From assembly GCA_021161565.1 (NCBI GenBank), contig JAGHAK010000075.1:1-41483 (forward strand): 41,483 nucleotides of DNA, in the 5' to 3' direction. This stretch comes from Elusimicrobiota bacterium (GTDB lineage: Bacteria; CG03). A model generated the notes under the pieces. That model saw only the letters and a program-made list of their open reading frames with translations, did no database searches and was not told where the DNA came from. Each line of letters starts with the position of its first letter. Positions within the stretch are counted from its first letter, which is position 1. A program made the position numbers and the translations under genes. This document shows positions 9,701 through 16,605 of the stretch, one piece after another.

Positions 9701-10374
9701 CCGCCCGCGAAGCGGATTTTTCCAGGGAAGAGGAACGACTGAAGCAGGTGCATTCCCGGGAAATTCAGGGGCTTGAATCCGCGGCTGAAAATCTGAAAAG
9801 GCTTTTACAGGCGAAAGACGATGAAATCAGGGAAGTCAGAAGAGAAAGGGACATTCTCGAAAACAGACTGAGTGAAATAAAGGAGCAGAGCGAATCTTTT
9901 CGCCTCCGACAACGCGAAGCGGAATCTGAACTCAAGAAGGCTCTTGACGAGATAGGAAATCTGAAAAATATTATGAGGGAGAAGGAAAATCTCTTTGATC
10001 AGCGGATGAAGTCAATAACGGCGGAATTTTCCTCCCGCCGCTCGCAGATTGAGGAATCAGCCCGCCTCGAAGTGGAGCGCGCGCAAGCGGCGAAAAATTC
10101 CGTTTTGAGCGAACTGTCGAATACGAAGATTCTTTTTGACAGGCAACTGCGCGTCTGGGAGGACGAACGGGTCCGCCTGACGAGAGAGATAGAAAAAGTC
10201 CGTTCGGAATTTGAGAGAAAACGGGATTCGTGGGAGAAGGAAAAACGCGAACTTCTCGAAAAATTTTATCTGACAAACGCCACAAGAAAAGAACTTCTTT
10301 TAGAAATAGAAAATCTTGAAAAGCAGTTGAAGGAAGCCAACAAGGGGATTTTCAGAAAAATATTCGGAAAGTGA
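6766..10374 (+). CDS. Giant coiled-coil protein 2 (1202 aa), function unknown
   Basis: It starts 12 nt after the stop of protein 1 and has a GGAGG Shine-Dalgarno 7 nt upstream. The composition matches protein 1. The single Pro is at residue 6 and there is no Cys. It has internal repeats and a short amphipathic C-terminus (KGIFRKIFGK). Confidence 0.85.
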   Translation: MDKKSPSREIDKLKEDMLSQIEFLKSRLERERAEHQEKILKLQSENIAIRTEFKERENQLLSRLRDLQNELKRLNQEYSDDRKTWEEILKSKEEEKSSLYAELAIKENEALSSQEKEKKRFMEREDSLRRQIENLEKERAAAKSELSEKISQFEEERENIVSGYEEKIALLEKQILSKEDEIKKLNEEISRLEEETGLVRGENIVRENELNEEISRLREEIVRLKTAIESERATAATQAQIKDRDIRELKEKFIDMERRLTEDIASKEREISELQRTLEKEREESSHRIHELEESINVVRAEAVLREDSLKREWSQNRASLEAEKKELEDKISELRNVIETERARFGEEIRRREEEITRLKQEIQKNVADFRIALSAKEKEMEAQRYQDAEQIKFLKSRLEQERDVFEQRLAEEEKKFERIVDEKEKIAQVLLLREKELDDLKNQWEIEKKNYNTQIEELRIQAERGRLVLAKKEEEFRGEISAKEEEIRALNIKIGELNSDWQRRLKFAEEEIFANQKDKFREIAELKAQHQKQETELINQYNEKINELTALKSAYETQTQELSKGLLEKEDEINTLKKVLSEKEGALQHAAREKELEIAQVRHRFEDELAAARGQFEAERERFISELSKKEDEKNKILSRTEKEIAVIDASLKAKETELNLAAARAKEAQANLAAQINSKEAEISSARLEISRLVEKLRLQAENFDRERERQTASFLEQLKLKEDSGLAERKRFLSEIEEKEKKLQAERIESEGKIKELRQVISAKDREISHLTARHAEEMEEISKKTASEISNLKMKISNLESEKNSLKVQVANREDAIAELKNVSSEKERHIKELFETEKAQILSKLTAKDEEIRGLRLQIAEVERRRKNEIESRSLDFLRERSRLREEINKYYNKFVEVSSQVQELLAANAKLKGEKEEVIIEWRKRLDEKENNLIEAKKELERIREKFGELGAMEERLKAKERELGEWSGRLAAREADFSREEERLKQVHSREIQGLESAAENLKRLLQAKDDEIREVRRERDILENRLSEIKEQSESFRLRQREAESELKKALDEIGNLKNIMREKENLFDQRMKSITAEFSSRRSQIEESARLEVERAQAAKNSVLSELSNTKILFDRQLRVWEDERVRLTREIEKVRSEFERKRDSWEKEKRELLEKFYLTNATRKELLLEIENLEKQLKEANKGIFRKIFGK

Positions 10375-10440
10375 TAGGTTGTTGATAAGTTAAAAAGCTG
10401 ACAAGTTAACAAGTTGATAAGGGAAAATCCCCCCTCTCTT

Positions 10441-10583
10441 TCTCCCCCCTTCCAGGGGGGAGATTAAGTAGGGGGTTCTTTTACCTTTTCTACTTTTCAA
10501 CTTTTCACCTTTTTGGCGATTTACATCGCCCGCTACATCCCCCACCAAAATCCCGGTGAGGGGCCAGCGTGCAGGTGGGGGAT
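10441..10583. other. Stem-loops in a convergent intergenic region (possible non-canonical terminators)
   Basis: Stems are TCTCCCCCC/GGGGGGAGA (10441-49/10455-63), GGCGAT/ATCGCC (10515-20/10525-30) and ATCCCCCACC/GGTGGGGGAT (10537-46/10574-83, 27-nt loop). None is followed by a clean T-run. Confidence 0.3.
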
Positions 10584-10594
10584 ACATTTTAACT

Positions 10595-11266
10595 TCATTC
10601 CATCCAGAGGACAATGTTGTAGTCGCTGTCAATATTGGCTGAGTCCCCGTTATAGGGAATTATGGAAAAACCCTCGTCGTCCGGGGGGTAAAGAGTGTCT
10701 TTTATTCCTGCTTTAAAGATGTTGGGAATGGCGTATCTGAAATTGGAAGTACTTTTACCGGGTATATCATCAGGCACCGCACTGCTTGGCCCCTGACAGA
10801 TAATAGCTGAATAGCAATTACTTTTCTCTGAATAATCTTTATATAGAAATCTGTGCTCCCATGGATCGCTAAGAACATCTGTAGAATTTATATAAGGACC
10901 ATGCCAGTTGTAAATGTGTTTGTCGCCGTCTTTGTCATATTCAGTTCCTGTAGGATCGCAGCCTGCATCAGCAGTGAAATCATAATCTAAATCCCCATCT
11001 ATGAAATATTTTATCCATAAAGAAGTATCATTTGGATTGTTCCCAAGCCCGCAGAAAGTTCCTGCGTATGTCGGGAAATTGCCCGTATCGGAAAAATACA
11101 TTTTTATCGCGACCTGAAGAATTTTCATCTGCGCTTTCGCTTTGTTAAGCCGCATTGTTTTTTGCATATCGTTGAATTTCAGGGCTCCCGCTATAAAAAG
11201 AATGCCCATTATTGCTACGATAAGCATTAGTTCGGCGAGAGTGAAACTTTTCTGAAATTTTCTCAT
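10595..11266 (-). CDS. Type II secretion GspG-like / type IV pilin-like pseudopilin
   Basis: N-terminus MRKFQKS-FTLAELMLIVAIMGILFIAG is a class III signal with a hydrophobic helix and conserved Glu5. GspG-like LNKAKAQMKILQVAIKMYFSDTGNFP and a later DPWEHRFLY follow. Confidence 0.8.
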   Translation of the reverse strand: MRKFQKSFTLAELMLIVAIMGILFIAGALKFNDMQKTMRLNKAKAQMKILQVAIKMYFSDTGNFPTYAGTFCGLGNNPNDTSLWIKYFIDGDLDYDFTADAGCDPTGTEYDKDGDKHIYNWHGPYINSTDVLSDPWEHRFLYKDYSEKSNCYSAIICQGPSSAVPDDIPGKSTSNFRYAIPNIFKAGIKDTLYPPDDEGFSIIPYNGDSANIDSDYNIVLWME

Positions 11267-11282
11267 TTTTGAAATTATAGCA

Positions 11283-12353
11283 CTATCGGAAAATCAAATC
11301 AAGGTTTTTTATCTTTTCGGGCGTTCTTCCGAATGTTTTTCGCCATACTGGCGCGCTTTCCATACAGAGATAAATTTTGATATCGGAACCGAATTTTCTT
11401 ATAAAACCGGATATTTTTTTGAACATTTCCGTTCTTATGGATTTAAGGTATCGAAATTTTCCATCGTCGCCGCGGATGAATTCCCCCAGAAGAATTTTGG
11501 AGCGGGGAAATCTTTCTCTGACAATCGGTTTGAGTGACGGGTAAAACCGCAGTGCTCCAATGCTCACCCACGCGATTTTTCCGGGCGGGATTTTCGGAAA
11601 AATCGCATCTACGGTTTTTTTGTATTCTTTTTCCCAGTTTTTGAAATGAATAATAGGGTCGAAATGGAAAGCTACGGGGTAGCCCGCCTCCACAGCAGCC
11701 TGCGCCGCTGTCGCTCTTTCGTAAACGGACGAGGTTTTTCTTTCTTCCGTTTCGATGATTTTCTGCGGATTTATCGACCAGGCAATTACGGTTTTTCCTC
11801 TGTGATTCAGATTCAGAAGTTTTCTGATATTTGCGGATTTTGTTTTTAGTTCCAGCAGCGAAGGGCTTTTCGAGCAGATTTCAATCAGGGTTTTGTTCTG
11901 GTCGACAATCTCGTCGAAAATCAGAGAATCGGAAAATTCTCCCGATCCAATCCGCAGGGCTTTTTGTGCGGCTTTTTCGAATTCCGCGAAGAAATCGTTT
12001 TCGTTGACGAAAATTGTCGTCGCCTTTATGTTGAGGTATGCCTGAAGATAGCAGTAGGAGCAATCCATGGGGCAGCCAAGAATGTTTTTTGTCACGAAAT
12101 AGTTGCAACACAGATGTCCCTTTGTTCCGGGACATTTTTCTATAAAACCTTCCCTGCGGGTCGTGAGAAAAAGGTTTTTTTTGCATTCGCTGACCGTCTG
12201 CGGTTCTTTTTGCGCCCGAAAGCAGAGACTGCGGGGGGAATCCACGGCGACAAGTTTAGCGTCCGCAAAGCGGCGGATAATTTTTTTTGAAAGCGGGAAA
12301 TTCAAGGCGTCTTTGGTGTAGTAGATTTTAGAGAAGTTCAATGATGTCATCAA
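11283..12353 (-). CDS. Radical SAM protein of the spore-photoproduct-lyase (SplB-like) family
   Basis: CPMDCSYCYLQ (CxxxCxxC) lies in an SPL-family context. The length of about 356 aa fits the family. Confidence 0.7.
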   Translation of the reverse strand: MMTSLNFSKIYYTKDALNFPLSKKIIRRFADAKLVAVDSPRSLCFRAQKEPQTVSECKKNLFLTTRREGFIEKCPGTKGHLCCNYFVTKNILGCPMDCSYCYLQAYLNIKATTIFVNENDFFAEFEKAAQKALRIGSGEFSDSLIFDEIVDQNKTLIEICSKSPSLLELKTKSANIRKLLNLNHRGKTVIAWSINPQKIIETEERKTSSVYERATAAQAAVEAGYPVAFHFDPIIHFKNWEKEYKKTVDAIFPKIPPGKIAWVSIGALRFYPSLKPIVRERFPRSKILLGEFIRGDDGKFRYLKSIRTEMFKKISGFIRKFGSDIKIYLCMESAPVWRKTFGRTPEKIKNLDLIFR

Positions 12354-12846
12354 ATTCCTTTTTTTTCCGGCGAAGGCTCAGGAGAAGTTCTTCCAGTTCT
12401 TCCGAGTTTGAAAATTCTATTGTCGCGGTGAGTTTTTCTTTTTCGAAATTTTCGGGATACGAAATTTTTATTTTTGGGGGCAGTTTTAGCGCTTTTATCT
12501 TCGATCTGATTCTGGAGGTCTTTTTTGAAAATTCGGGAAATCTTTTTTCCCTCAAAAAATTTCGCAGCAGTTCGATTTTCCGCTTTCTGGAAATGCCCAG
12601 CGACATTATGTTTCTGATTTCGCGTGATTCTATCAGTTCTGCCACCGTCAGATTTTCCCTTTTCGAAATTTCATAGAGGTTTTCCGCGATTTCCCGCATT
12701 TTGTTTACGGACGGTTTCAGCGTCTCAAGAAAATCCGAAAGGGCGGACCTTTCCTTTTTCTCCAGGAGTTTAAGAACAAGTCCCGTTCCGTAGGATATTC
12801 TGCCGTCGGCGATTTTTCTTTCGATATCTTCCGGAAATTTTATCAT
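12328..12846 (-). CDS. Hypothetical helical protein (172 aa)
   Basis: Start chosen at MIKFPEDIE because that ATG forms an ATGA overlap with the upstream GT2 stop (12843-12846). The 3' end overlaps the splB-like start by 26 nt. I recognise no family. Confidence 0.55.
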   Translation of the reverse strand: MIKFPEDIERKIADGRISYGTGLVLKLLEKKERSALSDFLETLKPSVNKMREIAENLYEISKRENLTVAELIESREIRNIMSLGISRKRKIELLRNFLREKRFPEFSKKTSRIRSKIKALKLPPKIKISYPENFEKEKLTATIEFSNSEELEELLLSLRRKKKEFDDIIELL

Positions 12847-13652
12847 TTTCGTTTCGCCAGATTTTTTATCAGCCAATATTTTATCGCCCTGAAAAGATGC
12901 CCCCGCTTAATCGCCCCTTTATAGACAATTTCGCATTTTTTTTCAAGTTCTTTCAGGGCAAGTTCTTTTTTCCCGTCGGGAAGATTTTTGAGGATTTTTC
13001 GAATCGAATAAATTCTGAATCTGTCCATCACCGGAAATTTTTTTGAAAGTTGTCTGTGCCCTCCGCGTTTTGTTACGAGTTTTTCGGGAATGTATCCGAT
13101 TTTGTGTTCCGCCGCGATTCGCAGCCACAGGTCGTAATCCTCACAGACGGGCATTTTCTCGTCGAAAGAGTATTTTTCAAGAATTTCCCGGCGAATCATC
13201 GCCGAGGATGGGGATATTATGCAGAGTTTCAGACATTTTTCGAAAATGTCGCCGCCGGATTTGGAATGGATTTTTTTCTGATTGAGGAATTTGCCGTTTC
13301 TTATCCAGAGTTCGTCCGTATAACAGAGTGGATATTCGGGATTTGTTTCCATAAACAAGAATTGTTTTTCGAGTTTGTTTTTTCCCCACAAATCGTCATC
13401 GTCGAGAAAACAGATGTATCTGCCTGAACTGCCCGCGGCTCCGGTGTTTCTCGCCGCGCTGATTCCGGCGTTTTTAAGAAACAGATATTTAACGGGATAT
13501 TTAGCCGCCGCTTCCGCCGTGCCGTCGGTCGAACCATCGTCGACAAGGATTATCTCGAAGTCGCGGAAAGTCTGGGCGAGAACGCTTTTTACCGCTTCTT
13601 CGGCGAATTTCCTCCGGTTTCGGGTTGTTATTATCGCGCTAACTGCCGGCAC
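12843..13652 (-). CDS. Family 2 glycosyltransferase
   Basis: N-terminus VSAIITTRNRRKFAEEAVKSVLAQTFRDFEIILVDDGSTDGT plus a DDDD acidic motif, both typical of the GT2 fold. Confidence 0.88.
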   Translation of the reverse strand: MPAVSAIITTRNRRKFAEEAVKSVLAQTFRDFEIILVDDGSTDGTAEAAAKYPVKYLFLKNAGISAARNTGAAGSSGRYICFLDDDDLWGKNKLEKQFLFMETNPEYPLCYTDELWIRNGKFLNQKKIHSKSGGDIFEKCLKLCIISPSSAMIRREILEKYSFDEKMPVCEDYDLWLRIAAEHKIGYIPEKLVTKRGGHRQLSKKFPVMDRFRIYSIRKILKNLPDGKKELALKELEKKCEIVYKGAIKRGHLFRAIKYWLIKNLAKRK

Positions 13653-14239
13653 AGGTTTTCTATTTTTTCTGAATTCACTTTTATGAAATTCAGCATGGAA
13701 TCGGTTATGTAATAAAAAAAACGGAGTTTTAGTTTTTTGCCCGCCTCAGCCACATAGGCGGTTTCCATATCGATAATATCAAAGCACCTTTCTTTTAGCG
13801 CTGCGAAGATTTGCGGTTCGGCGAAAATGGAAGGGGTTGTGTAGACATTCGCTTTCCCAAACCCAGCCGCAGGAGTGAGTTTTTTTATGCGGTTTGTTTG
13901 TTTTAGGGTTTTCAGCGGGTTTTTTATGAAGCGCGAGAAATTTTCGCCGCCGGCCCAGCCTGCCCCCGTGCAGATTTCACCCGGAATGGGTTCACTCCCC
14001 ACGCTTCCCGCAAAACCGAAAAAGGTTATTTCTCTGATGCCGGCTTTTTTCAGAAAAAGAACGCAGTCTCCGGCGGATGTCCCGGTTCCGCAGTCGAGAA
14101 CAATGAATTTTTTTGTTTTTCCCCGTCCGGAATATCCCCGAAAGATGTGGAATTTTATTCTTTGCCTGCGTGTCAGTTGCGACAAAAAAATTTCGGCTAT
14201 TTTCCCGATTGGGCTGATAAACGCGATTTCAGATATCAT
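13631..14239 (-). CDS. Nucleoside phosphorylase-family protein (PNP_UDP_1; MTA/SAH-nucleosidase or futalosine-hydrolase-like)
   Basis: CGTGTSAG..., GFAGSVG and a C-terminal DMETAYVA motif resemble the phosphorylase/nucleosidase fold. The subfamily is not resolved. Confidence 0.55.
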   Translation of the reverse strand: MISEIAFISPIGKIAEIFLSQLTRRQRIKFHIFRGYSGRGKTKKFIVLDCGTGTSAGDCVLFLKKAGIREITFFGFAGSVGSEPIPGEICTGAGWAGGENFSRFIKNPLKTLKQTNRIKKLTPAAGFGKANVYTTPSIFAEPQIFAALKERCFDIIDMETAYVAEAGKKLKLRFFYYITDSMLNFIKVNSEKIENLCRQLAR

Positions 14240-14645
14240 TGGCTTCCAGAATCGGTTTTGCCCGGAGTTTTTTCTTTTCCGCTACGATTTTTTTCAATTT
14301 CAGAATTTTTTCCTTTGCCCTTTTGGACCTTTTTCTTTTCTGTCTTCTTATTTTGCTGATTTCTTTCATCTTCGCGCTTTTCGCGCCGAGAATTTTCTGC
14401 TCGATTTTTTCTGCGAGAATTCTTCGGGCGAGGAATCTGTTGAGCGCCTGCGACCGCGACTTCTGGCATTTCACTGCAATTCCCGAGGGTCTGTGCTTCA
14501 GAAAAACGCAGGTCGAGGTTTTGTTGACTTTCTGCCCGCCAGGGCCCTGTGATTTTATGAACTTTTCGGAAATGTTTTCTTCGCGGATTTTAAGTTTCCG
14601 GAATTTTTTCTTCAGCTGCGCGATTTTTTCAGGCGATACCGTCAT
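14229..14645 (-). CDS. arfB: GGQ-motif peptidyl-tRNA hydrolase, ArfB-like ribosome rescue factor
   Basis: SQGPGGQKVNKTSTCVFLKH is followed by a long basic C-terminal tail. Start taken at MTVSPEK, where the ATG overlaps the upstream stop as ATGA (14642-14645). This gives 138 aa, close to the length of E. coli ArfB. Confidence 0.8.
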   Translation of the reverse strand: MTVSPEKIAQLKKKFRKLKIREENISEKFIKSQGPGGQKVNKTSTCVFLKHRPSGIAVKCQKSRSQALNRFLARRILAEKIEQKILGAKSAKMKEISKIRRQKRKRSKRAKEKILKLKKIVAEKKKLRAKPILEANDI

Positions 14646-15001
14646 TTGAAAATCGTGTAGATTCCGCCTGCCACCATCGCTAAGCCGAATATTTTTCTCA
14701 AAAGATTCCCGTCGATTGAGCATGCGATGCGGGCTCCCAAAAGCCCCCCGAAAAAAAATCCGAGACAGATGCCTGCCGCAATGTCGGCAATGACAAATCC
14801 TTTTTTGTAGTATGTCCATGCCGCCAGAAGCCCGATGGGCGGAACCATCAGGGCGAGAGTTGTGCCCTGCGCCTGATGCTGGGAAAGGTGAAATATATAG
14901 AGAAGAGCCGGAATTATGAACAACCCGCCGCCGATTCCGATAAGACCACTGATTGCCCCGACCAGAACCCCGAAGATTACATAAATCGCAAAATTAAGCA
15001 T
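14642..15001 (-). CDS. Half-size TSUP (TauE/SafE, DUF81) membrane protein, 119 aa
   Basis: Four predicted TM helices carry the family's glycine-rich motif (GAISGLIGIGGGLFIIPALL). Start at MLNFAIY has GGAGG 5 nt upstream. Confidence 0.7.
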   Translation of the reverse strand: MLNFAIYVIFGVLVGAISGLIGIGGGLFIIPALLYIFHLSQHQAQGTTLALMVPPIGLLAAWTYYKKGFVIADIAAGICLGFFFGGLLGARIACSIDGNLLRKIFGLAMVAGGIYTIFK

Positions 15002-15064
15002 TTTTGCCTCCAGACCGAGATACGGAAATTTACTACTGTATGGTTCCATTCCTTTTACAAATAT

Positions 15065-15138
15065 TGGGCAATGTAGGACTCGAACCTACGACCCCCGGCT
15101 TGTAAAGCCGATGCTCTCACCAACTGAGCTAATTGCCC
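15065..15138 (-). tRNA. tRNA-Val (anticodon UAC)
   Basis: The reverse complement reads GGGCAATTAGCTCAGTTGGTGAGAGCATCGGCTTTACAAGCCGGGGGTCGTAGGTTCGAGTCCTACATTGCCCA. It forms a cloverleaf with a 7-bp acceptor stem, anticodon loop TT-TAC-AA and T-loop GGTTCGAGTCC. CCA is not encoded. Confidence 0.93.
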
Positions 15139-15195
15139 GAAATTCCCTTTTGCGCAGATTTTAATTGTATTAAATTTTTGCTAAAATACAAAACT

Positions 15196-16605
15196 ATGAG
15201 AAGAGAAAGAGAGAACATCATTCTCATCGAGGTGGACAGAGACGAGCACCGCGCCGCAGTTTTGTACGGCAAAAAGGTTTATGAACTTATTATAGAGCGG
15301 ACAAACGAGCCGTCCAAATTGGGGAATGTTTACAGCGGCACGGTCAGGTCGGTGAAAAAGTCTATAAACGCTGCTTTTGTTGATATAGGAATAGGAAGAA
15401 ACTGCTTCCTTCCTCTTTCCGAATGTCCCGCGGAAGTAAAGGAAGGAAGCCCTGTGTTCGTTCAGGTTTCGAAGGACGAAATCGGCGCCAAGCCAGCGCG
15501 GCTTTCGGGTTACATTTCAGTGCCGGGGCGGTTCATAATATATATGCCGAATTCCAGCAGGGGCGGAGTATCCCGAAATATTGCCGACCGCGGAGAAAGG
15601 ATGCGCCTCAGGGAAATTCTGAATTCCGTCAAGATGAATTTTGGCCCGGCATGGATTTTGAGAACCCAGGCTGAGGGCGGAAGTCAGAAGGAAATTTTTG
15701 CCGATGCGCGGCATCTCGTTGAAATCTGGAAACAAATAAAGAAGGCGATGGAAAACAAAAAAAGTCCCGGACTTGTTTTTTGCCTTGAGGATTTTACTGT
15801 GAAAGTCATTCGCGAGGCGCTCAATTCGAAAACAACCGGCATTTTTGTGGAGCCGAAAGAGGAGTTCGTAAAAGCGAGACACTACATAAAAAAAATAGCG
15901 CCGGAAAAGTTGAAGATTCTGAAGTTGAACAGAGAGAAAAAAAACGTTTTTAGTATTTTCGGCGTGGAGGATGTCTTGCGGGGCCTCACGCGCCCCCGCG
16001 TCGCGCTTCCGTCCGGAGGCGAGATTGTCATTCAATCGACCGAGGCGCTGACGACAATAGATGTCAATAGCCGCAGGTTTGGAAAGAATGTTCCGCGGGA
16101 GAAAGTGGCTTTTGCCGTAAACAGGGAAGCGGCAAGAGAGATAATGAGACAAATCCGTTTGAGAAATATCGGCGGAATTATCGTTTGCGATTTGATAGAT
16201 ATGAATGCCCCTTTACAAAAAAAGGAGATATTTGATATTATGACAAGAGAGGCGGAATTTGACAGAGCGAAGATGGAAGTTTTCCCGCCGAATAAATTGG
16301 GTCTTGTTGAGATAACAAGGCAGCGCCTTGAGGACAACATTCTTGAAAAAATCACATCGAAGTGTTCGCATTGCGAGGGTTCGGGCAGGGTTCTCTCGCC
16401 TCTTACGATGATGATAAGGATAAAAAGGCATATTCTCCGCAACCGCGGTTTTTTTGGCGACGCGTATCTCAATCTGTTTGTTCATCCGACTGTTGCGGAA
16501 AAGTTCGATGAAGACTCCGTGGAAGAACTGGAAAAAATGACAGGAAAGAAAATAAGAATCCGCGCCGATTTCAAGATTTCGGAGCAGGAATTCGAACTGA
16601 AATAA
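15196..16605 (+). CDS. rng: Ribonuclease G (RNase E/G family)
   Basis: S1 domain (GNVYSGTVRSVKKSINAAFVDIG) and catalytic-core motif TEALTTIDVNS. Start moved to ATG 15196 because the longer ORF overlaps the tRNA. Confidence 0.88.
   Translation: MRRERENIILIEVDRDEHRAAVLYGKKVYELIIERTNEPSKLGNVYSGTVRSVKKSINAAFVDIGIGRNCFLPLSECPAEVKEGSPVFVQVSKDEIGAKPARLSGYISVPGRFIIYMPNSSRGGVSRNIADRGERMRLREILNSVKMNFGPAWILRTQAEGGSQKEIFADARHLVEIWKQIKKAMENKKSPGLVFCLEDFTVKVIREALNSKTTGIFVEPKEEFVKARHYIKKIAPEKLKILKLNREKKNVFSIFGVEDVLRGLTRPRVALPSGGEIVIQSTEALTTIDVNSRRFGKNVPREKVAFAVNREAAREIMRQIRLRNIGGIIVCDLIDMNAPLQKKEIFDIMTREAEFDRAKMEVFPPNKLGLVEITRQRLEDNILEKITSKCSHCEGSGRVLSPLTMMIRIKRHILRNRGFFGDAYLNLFVHPTVAEKFDEDSVEELEKMTGKKIRIRADFKISEQEFELK

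Noticed and set aside
3289-10374. The coiled-coil proteins as SMC/MukB/RecN-type chromosome proteins.
   Set aside because: There is no Walker A at the N-terminus, no signature or Walker B at the C-terminus, no hinge region and no globular heads. The whole length is coiled-coil-like.
10390-10632. 80-aa minus-strand ORF and 67-aa plus-strand ORF in the convergent spacer.
   Set aside because: Both run through the C/G homopolymer hairpins, giving Pro/Gly runs. Neither has a ribosome-binding site, and one overlaps the 3' end of the pseudopilin gene. They are most likely non-coding.
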